Of a stretch of DNA of 64,000 nt, positions 1 through 11,443 are shown in pieces. Below the pieces are notes generated by a model. That model was not told where the DNA came from, made no database searches, and saw only the letters and a program-made list of their open reading frames with translations. The first letter of the stretch is position 1; each line of letters starts with the position of its first letter. Source of the stretch: Camelus dromedarius (Eukaryota); assembly GCF_036321535.1 (NCBI RefSeq), contig NC_087447.1, positions 12,958,001 through 13,022,000 on the forward strand, in the 5' to 3' direction. A program made the translations under genes and the position numbers.

Positions 1-759
1 AAAGTTTGCTTCTTTAAGCAAACATTGGCATTAAGAGCCACCTACCAAGACGGGTGTTACAGGATTATTAACGGATTCATGTACACACAAACACATGCAT
101 CCTATCACACTTGCTATGCACTTAGACTATTAGCAACTCACATGACAACCTACAGTCAATTGGATGGCACTGAACAAAGCTGTAACTATCAGGAGGCAGG
201 GACCATGGGGCTCATTTTATAAGCCTGTACACCATAGAAGGGAAATTGACAATGTTAGTCCCCTGACCATGCTGGCTTTATGCCTGGAGACAATTTCCTG
301 ATCAAGGTACAGATAACTGGAACAAATGAAGAGCAGAGATGCCCACTGAGCTGAGGAGGCAGAGATCAGCATTTAAGACACCTAGAGAGGCTAGGATTTG
401 TTCCAGGGCAGAGAAGATGAGGGAGCTATATGATGACTAAGGGACAGATAGACCTGAATGAAATTTTTTTGAGAGTCTCTGGAAAAATTATGGGATATGC
501 ATACGCTAGAGGAGGCTATAGAATGCTTCTAAAAAAATGACTGATATGTAATTGAGGAAAGAATAAAGATACTAGGAATAAAGCACAGCTCAGAGACACT
601 GGGGATGCATCCCAGCCAGCACTCTCCACACTGGAATAATATCTTAAGCAGCATCTGAGACACAGGAAGTGCTGGGGCTGTAGAGTAAGACTTATTTCCT
701 AAAGTCAGGTCATTAGCTCTCTCAAGATTCACTCTAGAAAAAGTTCCAACCTAAGTCTC

Positions 760-2300
760 AGTGATATCTGTAGGGAAGATAGAATTTGGATGTTGAATTC
801 CCCAAGTTATTTGGATGTGGGAAACACCTTGATCTCTGGACAACTTTTCACTAACAAAACATAAAACCCAGATTTTACAAGTCAAAATGGCCATCCCATA
901 ATAATGGTTTGTTAGAATAAAAATTAGCACTCTTCATAGGAAGATATGAGATTCCAAAGACTCTACTACATATCATAAGCTATTTAAAATATGAAGGAAA
1001 AAATACAGGATATGAAAAACTTAGGAAAACTAAACCATAGTCTAGAAAAAAGTAATCAGTTAAAAATGACTGCAAGATGTCTCAGATGACAGATTTAACA
1101 GAGACTTTTAATAATCTCTTAAAATTATCGCCAAACACTTGAAATAAAATGTAACTACATACAATTTGAGTAGGTTGTTCCCATAGATATATAACAACTC
1201 TCAAAAAAAAAATTAATTAAAATTCTACAGTGAAGCGTACAATGAAAGGAAGTGAAATGTAAGTGAAGGGCAAGCGAAATGAAAGGCTGATGGGATTTGA
1301 TGTCGTTTGGACACGTGCAAAGAAATGTCAGTGAATTTAAATTCAAATTACTATAAATAATACAACCTAGAAAGAGTATTTTTTTAAAATTATTTTAAAA
1401 AATTAGAGCCTCAATAACAGGTGGATTTATATCACATTGTCTAAAATAGGCATAACTGAAGGACAAGTGTAGGAAAATAATTACAGTAGCTGACAATTTT
1501 TCAAATTTTTTTTTACAGTTTTTCAAATTGGATGGAAGACATGGGTATACATACCATAATGAGCCCCATTAGAATGAACCAAATAAACTCTGTTACATCA
1601 CAGTGAGACAACTGACTATTTAAAGCTAAAATAATGGCATTGCAAATTGGGGTTCATAATATAGATACAAGCAAAATGTATGACATCAGTAACACAGAGC
1701 ACATCATCTGAGGAAAAGGAGTTATTCTAGGATTATGACATTTGTGGAGTGAGATGTGACGTGGGTGGTGTGAGACATGAAGGATGAAGGGGGACGTGGA
1801 AAAGTGGAAGCGTCCGTGGTAAAGGATGAAGATTAAAATGGAACAATTTTAACCGTAGGTAAACTTTGATACATTAAAGATGCACATTTTTAATTGTTAA
1901 CCCTGAAGCAATCCTTGAAATGATAATTAAAAAAAAGTGGTATATGCAAAAAGACAGCGCAAATAATTTAATTAACCCTTAAATTGGCAGAAGGAAACTG
2001 AACAGCCAAAAGAAAGAAAGAAGGAAAAAATGCAAACAAATAAAAAATGGTAACGTAGTAACACTAAATACACGTGGACTAAACAGCCCAAGTGAAAGGC
2101 AGACATTAAAGCAAAAGGCAGAACCCAGCTACCACATCAAGCTACACCTTAAAAACGCAGACGCGCATTGACAAAATGGGATGGAAAGTAAAAGAAATGA
2201 AGAGCTGCATATTTTACACAAGGCAGGTTGTTAATGATATTTTTGAATGTACAAAAATGGAAAGAAGAAAACATGAAATACGAAGGAATAAGAAAACTGA
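760..2300 (+). mobile_element. Old, highly decayed L1M-type LINE remnant (5'/ORF1 region)
   Basis: A-rich tract with motifs typical of ancient L1M 5' portions (e.g. aatcagttaaaaatgactgcaagatgtctcagatgacagattt); no ORF; boundaries approximate. Confidence 0.45.
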
Positions 2301-3781
2301 ATACAAGAGATACTGAGGTCTTCATGAAGGTTTGTGTAGCATATAAAGCAAATACTCAGCAACAATCAAATCAGAAGCACAGGCAACTCTCAAAGGAAAC
2401 TTGAAAGTAGGAATCGATGTGTAAACAGCAGCAAGTTGAGAGAAGAAAGTATCAGGCAGTTGCATGAATATGTATAGTTTATCTTGTTTCCCTGCCTCAG
2501 CCATAAACAAACATGGCTTCAGTTGATGATTAGAACATTTTCCAGCTTCAGCAAAAGTCTTGTAAGAATTTCTCCTACTGATGGAGTGTTACGTGGAGGA
2601 AATAAAATGAAAAAAAGAAAATGAATCTTCTCATTTCTGGCTATAAGGATCTTGTGTCAACTCCTAGTCCTCAAATTCCCGCTATGTGTAAACTGGGCAT
2701 TTAAGGGTCCTTTCCACAGGAAGAACACGTGATTTAATTCCCAGACTTACTGGCTAAAACTCGGGTTCCTGCTGGTGCCTGCTCTGCGACAAGTGTTAGC
2801 TCTGAAACCAGTGGGGACACCAGGGGCACATTATTTAGAGTCGGAAAACACAGTCTTTATTCTTTTATGTAGAGTTTAGTTCTACTTCCTTGGCAGTGGG
2901 CCTTGGGATCCAGTTGTGGTCTTGGGGTCCAGTGGACTTGGGGTCTAGCTGGTAGAGGGCAGACATTTGAAAGTGCCGAACATCTCCAAATACAAGTGCA
3001 ATGAAAGATGTGACAGGGAGTATAACCTCCCGATAAAGGAAAAACGCTGAGGAACAAGTTGAAAGAAATATTCTCCCGACGTGAAGATGAACAGAAGCCC
3101 GGGGGTGGAAAATGACGCTGTTGCAGGAACAACAGCAAAACACAGTCAAATGTGAAGCTGGGCTGGGCTGGAGATGCCAGGTCAGGCTTAATGTGGTTTT
3201 CCCCACGAAATGCATGGATGGTTGAAACTGAGAAATGTTAAATCATTAATGTTGCAATAAGAATGAAGGATATTTAATTTTCAAACTTTTATAGATAATA
3301 ATTATTCTTGATCCTTGTTTACAGGGTTTATTAATGAGCTGGGTGTGTCTATTCAGGGATTCCCATAGAGTCTGAGAGAAAATCATAATTTGCATAAAGT
3401 AATTTTAGTTTCAGTAGTACAGAATTGCCTTTGTCTTCACAAAGTTAACCCACAACCACAAAAGTCTACCTCTTAAACCTAGTACCCCTTAAAAATAAGA
3501 GGAACATGTCCAGATAATGTTAACAATACATGATTTGCTGAAAAGGTCTATTCAAAGGAATTATGGAAAATAAAATAACACAGATAAGATATCATTGGAT
3601 AAAGAATTTGAACATTTTTTGCTGGTAATGTGGGACTATTAAGAGTGTTTTGTTCTTCTAAGACATTCAAGCCCACCAACTGTATTTAAGAAATGGAGAA
3701 TGCATGAAATTATACTCTGTAGAGAGCCTGCAGGAAACTCTGGTCCACCATGGAAAAGCTGTTTGCAAAAATACTCTAAAT

Positions 3782-4004
3782 TAATTGCAACCAAGAGCAT
3801 TAACTAGCAATTTAGACATAGAGGGAAAAGAGATATTCCCACGGGGGAGAAGTGATCACTTCCTCCGTAAAAAGCCAAGCTCTTTAAAAGCAGGTTAAGT
3901 TCTTGATCAAAAACCTTATAGATCCTTAGCAATTTAACATTTTAAAATATAAAAATTTCATCAATGAAAAAGAATCATCTTCAGAAAAATTGAGAAAGGT
4001 AAAT
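3782..4004 (+). promoter_or_regulatory. Candidate promoter/first exon of the OR at 5349
   Basis: TAATTG 3782-3787, perfect O/E site TCCCACGGGG 3837-3846 (YCCCNNGGGR), donor AAG|GTAAAT at 3998/3999; about 1.5 kb upstream of the CDS. Confidence 0.45.
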
Positions 4005-4809
4005 ATAAACTATCAATATGTTGATATTCTCATTCAAGTTTTTTTTAAAAAAATTCAGGATCAAGATTTAATAATTTCAAACAACTAAAATCATAAATAA
4101 CTATGGGTTGAAATGATACTTATTATTTAAGATAGCATTATTTCAGCTAGATTTCTGATGTTCTGAATTAAAAAGTTAATGTGTTTGAAGCATTTGAAAT
4201 ATATAAATTTCTAATTTGCCCCATGTTAACAATAATAATAATAATGTTAAAACATTTTTCATTTTAAGAAATAACCTATTAAGAAATCTATGATGAAAGA
4301 ATGGTTTATTACATTCAAATTAATTAAACATATTTTGCTATACTGATAATAAAGTAAATGTTGCCATTTTAAATAAAAGTATTTCTGTGAGAAGGAATCA
4401 CCTTTTATTAGGGAAACTTCTTCTACTGGGGAATATGTGAAGCATTTATTTATTCCAAATTATATTTTACTGCAGAACAATATTTGGTTCAACTTTTTTG
4501 GCCCAAATGGACCACAAACAGGGAAGGATTTGGACACAGTATCTGACTACATTTGCTAAACTTTTTTTTTTTTAATTGATTTTATTTTCCCTAGGAACAT
4601 TTGCTTTTGGCTTAAAATAATGAAACATGCCCAAATATTTTTAGAATTAAAAATAGTTAAATATCAAAAATGTGTGTTTTTTAAAGCACTAAGATTTATT
4701 TTAATTCAATAAATTAGAATGGGTATTGATAGAACATTATGACATTGAAAATAAAAGATTTGGCTTTTATATTCTTGTAGGTTTCATTATCTTTCTCACT
4801 TCCGTTTCC

Positions 4810-5040
4810 ACTTTTTCAAAAACATCTATGGAGTAACATACTAGGGCAGAGCCTTGTGCTCTATACTTTACAGCATGAATAATGAATCATTAAAGACAAG
4901 GGCAGAAAAGACAAGTATATAGTCAGTGGAACATTATGTGTGATGTTAGAGGTCAGATATTATATTATAGCTTGATTAGACAAAAAATTCACAGAAGTGG
5001 TCAACTAGTAGCTGAGTTGAGGTTTTGAATGGCAGAAATC
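4810..5040 (-). mobile_element. L2 LINE 3' fragment
   Basis: Decayed match to the L2 3' end pattern (caaaaacatctatggagtaacatactagggcagagccttgtgct). Confidence 0.4.
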
Positions 5041-5348
5041 GCTTATCTGCGTTCTTTTTTCTCACACCATAATTTAAACAAAATATGTAGGCATACAGAT
5101 CTTACTGGTATAATTAACAGATCTAGCATAGATCATTTAAGCATTTTATTTACTGAGTTGCTTTTTTTTTTTTCCTGCAGATGAGTTTATAGCTCCTGGT
5201 TTCACAACAGATCTGCCAGAATCACAGAACACAAGTGTCAGAAAGTAACTAAGAACATGTTAAGACCAAAGCCCATGTCCCAATTCAATTACAAAAGAGG
5301 AAAATACAGCCAAGAAATGTAAATCCACAGAGAGAAAATAATTGGAAA

Positions 5349-6293
5349 ATGACGGAAACAAATCTCACTGTAAGGATGGACTTCGTCCTCCTGGGCTTCT
5401 CTGACATTCCCAGGTTCCACTGGCTGCTTTTTGGGGTATTCTCAGTCATCTACTTGGCTATCCTGCTGGGGAACGGCATCATAGTTCTGGTAACAAGAGC
5501 AGATGTCGCTCTTCAGACGCCCATGTATTTTTTCTTCAGCAATCTTTCCTTCCTAGAGATCTGTTATGTGTCTGTCACTCTTCCCAGGATGCTCATGGAC
5601 CTTTGGACCCAGAAAGGAAGTATTTCTTTTTTCAGCTGTGCCACACAAATGTGCTTCTTCCTTATGCTGGGAGCCACGGAGTGTTTCCTGCTGGCTGTGA
5701 TGGCCTATGACCGCTACGTGGCCATTTGTAACCCTCTGCACTATCCCCTTGTCATGAACCACAGGGTCTGTGTCCAGCTGGTGGTGGCCTCCTGGATCAG
5801 TGGAGCTCCAGTCCAGATAGGACAAACATGGCAGATATTCTCTGTGTCCTTTTGTGGTTCTAATCAAATCAGTCACTTCTTCTGTGACATCCCCCCATTA
5901 CTGAAGCTGGCCTGTGGGGACATCTTTGTGAATGAGATGGTGGTCTATCTATTTGCTGTGTTGCTTGTCACTGTTCCCTTTTTGTTGATACTTAGTTTCT
6001 ATATGAGAATTATCTCCACCATCATGAAGCTGCCATCAAACACAGGGCGGACCAAAGCCTTTCCCATGTGCTCTTCCCACATCACAGTGGTAGTTTTGTT
6101 CTATGGATCAGGCACTGTCACCTATTTAAAACCTAAATCCGATCAGTATGTAGGAATAGACAAACTGCTCTCTCTTTTCTACACCATTTTGACTCCATTG
6201 TTCAATCCTATGATATATAGTCTGCGGAACAAAGATGTCAGAAAGGCAATGAGGAAATTTCTTCCCAAATTATCAGCATTACGAGGCATTTGA
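5349..6293 (+). CDS. Olfactory receptor, OR10AG-type, intact 314 aa
   Basis: NLT sequon, GN in TM1, [40 protein letters not shown] (variant), [34 protein letters not shown] resemble OR10AG1. Confidence 0.95.
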   Translation: MTETNLTVRMDFVLLGFSDIPRFHWLLFGVFSVIYLAILLGNGIIVLVTRADVALQTPMYFFFSNLSFLEICYVSVTLPRMLMDLWTQKGSISFFSCATQMCFFLMLGATECFLLAVMAYDRYVAICNPLHYPLVMNHRVCVQLVVASWISGAPVQIGQTWQIFSVSFCGSNQISHFFCDIPPLLKLACGDIFVNEMVVYLFAVLLVTVPFLLILSFYMRIISTIMKLPSNTGRTKAFPMCSSHITVVVLFYGSGTVTYLKPKSDQYVGIDKLLSLFYTILTPLFNPMIYSLRNKDVRKAMRKFLPKLSALRGI

Positions 6294-6956
6294 AATAACA
6301 TAGAAATTATTCTTTTATGAATTTAATTTGTATGTAGACTTAATTGAAATCTACTTTTCTGTATTGTCCTCAATTTTTAAATAAGCTAATGATGTGATTT
6401 CCTTTTTAGCAGAGCCTCATGTCCTCACATTTATGTCAATTGTGTTCATTTATTTAGCAATGTTTTGCTTTTAAAGATCAGTTTCCACCTCACTGTAAAC
6501 TAGTAAATTGAGATGTATAACTAACAAGATGATGTTTTATACAGTATGTGCTATAATTGAAATTATTCCATTTTTCTCTTTTTTTGGATGCCTTTCTAGA
6601 CACTACCTGAACACCTGCTATTACAAAAACCAAAATATTCTTTGATGCTGCAGAGTCATTTTTTGATTTCTTTATAGAAATAAAAGCCTAAATGCCTAAG
6701 GAAATAAGTATAGGAAGGACAAATATAAATGACTAATGTGTAATATAATGTATATTGCAGCACTATTTTTCTAAGCAAAAAAATGAAAAAATGAATGGAC
6801 ATATTGAGAAATATTTTAATAAAAATTGTACATAAATACAATAGAAAATTATGGAATCATTAAAAAAAATCATGCTGCACCTATATGATAATGGCCCCCA
6901 ATACACTATTTCTTCTTTTACCCATGATTTTTTGTTATTCCTTCCCACAGGGACTC

Positions 6957-7069
6957 TTTTTTGAGGGGGGTAATTAGTTTAATTAATTAATCAATGGCAG
7001 TACTGGGGATTGAACCTAGGACTTTGCACATGATAAGCACGCACTCTACCACTGAGCTCTACCCTCCCT
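6957..7069 (-). mobile_element. tRNA(Ala)-derived SINE (camelid Vic-1-like)
   Basis: Minus strand reads ggagggtagagctcagtggtagagtgcgtgcttatcatgtgcaaagtcctaggttcaatccccagtac with A- and B-boxes, followed by a taattaaactaattacccccc tail and A-run. Confidence 0.8.
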
Positions 7070-7564
7070 CCTTTCCACCCTGATTCTTGGCTGAGCCAAC
7101 CTTTGGCCGATGGAACATGAGTGGTCCTTAGATGTAATCTTGATAAATGCTAATACTTAGGCTCTGTTTTCTGAGGCAATAAATAATGGATTTAAAGTCC
7201 ATGCTCTGGATAAAATAAAAAATTGGAAGGTACAGGAGAAATTCACCCTCTCAAATGGCATGGTAATGACGCCAGGAATTTGGACACAGATCTGTGGTCA
7301 CTGAGCCAAAGACAGATTAATATGCTGCAAATGTATTGATCCAGGGATGAAGCAGAGTTCTTTGATCTGAAGTCAGGTAACTACATGGAGTGTGGATTGA
7401 GGTTATGCAAGCTATGGTTTAGCTATGGATGAGGTGTGTTTGTTCAAGCCAGTAAAATATAATTATAATGCTACTTACAATTGTTAAGTATGGGAGCCTA
7501 TCCAGTTTTAGTTATATGGGGATGAAAAATAACACTGTACATTTTAATATAAAAAGTTACATGG

Positions 7565-8182
7565 CTATATGCCCATGTGTTTGTGTTTAAATAAATCCAA
7601 TATTTGTATATTGGAGTCCTAATCCCCTTACCTGAGAATGTAACTATTTGGAGAGAGGGTTTTTGAGGAGGTAATTAAATAAAAATTATATCTTTAAGCA
7701 ACTATTAAATACTATATATAAAAATAGATTAAAAAAACAAATGTCTTCTGTTTAGTATCTGGAACTATATTCAATATCTTGTAATAACCTTTACTGAAAA
7801 AATATGAAAATGAATATATGTATGTATATGCATGACTGGGACATTGTGCTGCACACCAGAGATTGACACATTGTAACTGATGGCATGTCAATTAAATTAT
7901 TTTTTTTAATTTTATCTTTAGGGTGGGTCTTAATTCAATTTGGCTGTCAATCTTATAAGAAGAGGAGATTAGGATACAGATGCCCAGAGAGAAAAGATCA
8001 CGGGGAAACAGAAAAAGAAGACGACCATTTGCAAGCTGAGGAGAGAGGGCCCAGAAGAAATCAAGCCGGGACACACCTTGATTTCAAATGCTTAGCATCC
8101 AGAACAGTGAAAAAAAATAGATTTCTGTTGTTTAGCAACACAGTCTTATGTACTCGGTTGTGGTAATCCAGACAAAATAATA
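7565..8182 (+). mobile_element. MLT1-family (MaLR) solo LTR, interrupted by an L1 fragment
   Basis: MLT1-like halves (tcctaatccccttacctgagaatgtaactatttggag; tagggtgggtcttaattcaat...ccagaacagtgaaaaaaaatagatttctgttgtttag) flank the L1 insert. Confidence 0.75.
7697..7907 (+). mobile_element. 5'-truncated L1 3'UTR (cetartiodactyl/camelid type) nested in MLT1
   Basis: ggaactatattcaatatcttgtaataacc...gagattgacacattgtaactga; 13-bp TSD aattatatcttta (7684-7696) / aattttatcttta (7908-7920). Confidence 0.85.
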
Positions 8183-8434
8183 TAAGCAGTATCAGCAGGC
8201 ACGTGTGTGCATGTGTGTGTGTGAACTTAGTAAGAAGCGGATGGATGATTATTTTCTGCATGTGTACACACTGCATAGGTGGTGTGTTGACTATGATCTT
8301 TATTTATGAAACGTCTGAGAAGAAACAAAAGGCACTAATATACCAAAAAAAATCTTGTATTATAATTTTTAATATGAAGACAATAATAACAGTCTTAATT
8401 TCTTTCAATTTAGCATTTGGTGTGAAAATATACC

Positions 8435-9421
8435 TTAGTGACAAACGATTTTTCCTCCAAACACTCTCTTCATCACCTCTTTGACATCTTTGTTCCTTAA
8501 ACTATAAATGATGGGATTCAGCATGGGAATTACAATGGTATAAAAAGTCGATGCTATCATGTCATGGTCCAAGGAGTAGCTGGAACTCGGTCTCACGTAC
8601 ATGAAGAGGATGGTTCCATGGTAAATGGACACTCCAGTTAGGTGAGAGCCACACGTAGAAAAGGCTTTCCTTCTCCCTTCGGCAGAATGCATCCTCAGGA
8701 TGGCCAGCAGAATGAAGCCATAGGAGATCAGGACAATCAGGATAGTGACTGTCTCAATAGAGCCCACGAAGTAGAAGAGTAGAAGCTGGTTTGAGTGAGT
8801 GTCAGAGCAAGAAAGAGCGAGGAGAGGAGGGATGTCACAAAAGACATGTTTAATTTGATTGGACTCACAGAAGGACAGGCTAAATGTGGCCACTGTGTGC
8901 ACAGAAGCATGCAAGATGCCACCAACATAGGAAGCAGTGATGAGTGGCACATAGACCCTGGGTGCCATGCGCACTGAATACAGGAGGGGGTTGTAGATTG
9001 CTACGTAGCGATCATATGCCATTGCGGCCAAGAGGAAGCATTCTGTGGTCCCAAAAGTAACAAAGAGAAACATCTGGGCTGCACATCCAAGATACGAAAT
9101 GGTTTTATCCTCTGACAAGAAACTGACTAACATTTTTGGGGTGACAACTGAGGAATAGCAGGCATCCAAGAACGATAACACACTCAGAAAATAGTACATA
9201 GGGTTGTGGAGCCGAGAATCCACAATAACCAATATAACCAGTCCCAAATTTCCTATCAGAGTAAAAAGATAGATTGCTAGAAATAGTAAAAATAGGAAAA
9301 CCTGCAGCTCACAATCATCTGTGAAGCCCACCAGTATAAACATGGAGACTTCAGTCATATTTTTTATCGGAATCTTAAATAAATCTAAATCTGATGGCAA
9401 CTCTGGCATATTAGTTTTCAT
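8435..9421 (-). CDS. Olfactory receptor, OR5T-type (OR5T1-like N-terminus), 328 aa
   Basis: [11 protein letters not shown]-extension, NMT sequon, [73 protein letters not shown]; diagnostic OR5T motifs. Confidence 0.93.
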   Translation of the reverse strand: MKTNMPELPSDLDLFKIPIKNMTEVSMFILVGFTDDCELQVFLFLLFLAIYLFTLIGNLGLVILVIVDSRLHNPMYYFLSVLSFLDACYSSVVTPKMLVSFLSEDKTISYLGCAAQMFLFVTFGTTECFLLAAMAYDRYVAIYNPLLYSVRMAPRVYVPLITASYVGGILHASVHTVATFSLSFCESNQIKHVFCDIPPLLALSCSDTHSNQLLLFYFVGSIETVTILIVLISYGFILLAILRMHSAEGRRKAFSTCGSHLTGVSIYHGTILFMYVRPSSSYSLDHDMIASTFYTIVIPMLNPIIYSLRNKDVKEVMKRVFGGKIVCH

Positions 9422-11443
9422 TTTTAAGTTCTAAAGGCAATCTGTGGTGAAAATAGGGTCGTCACACTAACATCCCCTTAGATGTAATTCTTAGAAAGAC
9501 ACAGTGAAATCCTTTGCAGTGAGGGAATAGACGGTGATGAGGAAGTTTTGAGTCCACACGGATGCATTACCCTGTAAAAAAAATTAAAGAAATTATTTCA
9601 TTCCATTGTTGGTTAGATTTGTCATGTTAACAATAACACTAATTTATATGGTTAAAATTCCAGTTTATTTTCTGTTAAATTTATGGCCTACTGTTTTCCT
9701 ATTATATCATTTCAAAAATCACAAAGGGAAATGAATATAGGAATTTTTTAATCAGAAAATAATGGGTTAGAAATTATACATCTGAGTGCTAATCCTAGAT
9801 TTTCTATAGTTTATGCCTTAATGTTCACAAATGGTAAAATGGACACAAACACACTTACATCACAAGATGGTGTTGAATTTAAATGGTAAGTGTCAGTGTG
9901 GAAATTCGTAAATTTTAAAGTACTTCCAGATGACTAAATGGGATAAGTTAGACTCACTTTTCAACTTGTCATACAAGGCAGGCTTTTCCAACCAAACCAT
10001 CTGATATCCTCTCTTCTGACTATTTTCCCATCTCGTTAGTATTTCTAAAACAGTGGTGAACAGAACAGCAGTTACTTTGCAGGTAAATGCAGCTTGTTCG
10101 CCAAGAAAAACAGAATTTTGTTGTTGCGGTGGTTTTGTGGTTTGTTTTTCTGCTTCATTTCTTTGAAAGACATACCATTAAGTTTGTCCATTTTGTCTTC
10201 CACAATTCATTATACTGATCATGTTTGTCAGATTTTAACTACATGCCAATGTAAAACCTTTTTCAATGCACACAGTCTTTATCCCTGCAAAGTCCTTGGG
10301 TGTATTTTTGAGACATATTTCTGTCAAAAATAAATTATGGCCATTCATTTCATATATTAGAGTTGCATCTCGAGTCTCTATAATTACTGTAAAATAAATA
10401 TCACCTGATAATATATAATACGCTTTCAGAACATATTGCTAAAAGAATTACAGCTTTATGAAGCCACACAGCGGTGTTTTATTACTGCTGTATTTCCCTA
10501 CATTGTCAGAGTGCTGCTTATTCCCTGGAGTCTGAAGAAAGGAAAATGCATAACAAATACACAGCTTGTTCAAGAGTCACCAGTATCTGGACTTAAGCCC
10601 CCCTCTTTGAAACATAATTTAATATCGCACCTATCATATTTAGGGGCATAATTTCAGCCTGGTGACTCGTTTTTCCTCTGAGTGTCACAGACCAAAATGC
10701 AATAAAGGAGTGAAAACCTGCCCTGCTTAGGACAGAGTTGAATTCAGTGACCTACAAATGATTTAGATTCCTAACATGAAACTATATTTTGCTTTATTGA
10801 GGCTCCCATATATCAAGAAGAGAAGAAGCAAACAACTATTAGAGTAAAAATAAAATTGTATGTCTTTATTTTCATGGAAACATCTTTCCAGATTTACACA
10901 GAAAATTTTCCTAGCGCAATAATAATTAGCTTTATAAGTGTGGGGTTCTAATAAAAACGAACAAAGAACATGACTTAATCCTCACAGATTTCTAGAGTAA
11001 AATAACATCATTAACTTAAATAGTGATTTCTGTGTTAATTGAGACAACTCACACATTACTTACGAGAAATCACATACATGAAATTTTAGTTTAGTTTGAA
11101 TGATTATGTTAATAAAATAACTTATAAAACCATCAATTAATAACATGCAAATGTGTGAATGTATAGTTTAGGTATCATGAATAATACATTTATGTTTTAA
11201 AATTTTCTTGTTTTCTCTCTTTCACCTCTGTCTATCTATCTATCTTTGTTTTTCTCTCTCTTTCTCTTTTGCTCTTTTTCAAGAATGCATGTATAGTATA
11301 CAAAACTATTTACTAAAGAAAGTCAGAGGCAAAACAGGAATTAGGCAGATACCTAAAAGCACAGTGGAAAGAAAGATATTACGCAAGCACATTTTGAAAA
11401 CTGCACCAATAGTTGGTCTGCAAAAATTACCCATTAAAAAATA

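Noticed and set aside
4573-4597. TAATTG...TCCCTAGGAA as a second promoter motif pair
   Set aside because: Equally well explained as a strong splice acceptor (poly-T...ccctag|g); ambiguous.
5553-5876. Antisense ORFs inside OR genes (also 28017-28208, 36963-37154, 46388-46753, 8795-8977, 16654-16836)
   Set aside because: Shadow frames of paralogous coding sequence; recurrence reflects paralogy, not independent selection.
6957-7069. tRNA-like sequence (also 55294-55434)
   Set aside because: Degenerate stems, an AT-rich tail and (for the second copy) a TSD indicate a SINE, not a tRNA gene.
8737-8952. Near-identical 71-aa alternative-frame ORF in both OR5T copies (16596-16811)
   Set aside because: Falls inside the ~97% identical conversion tract, which fully explains its conservation.
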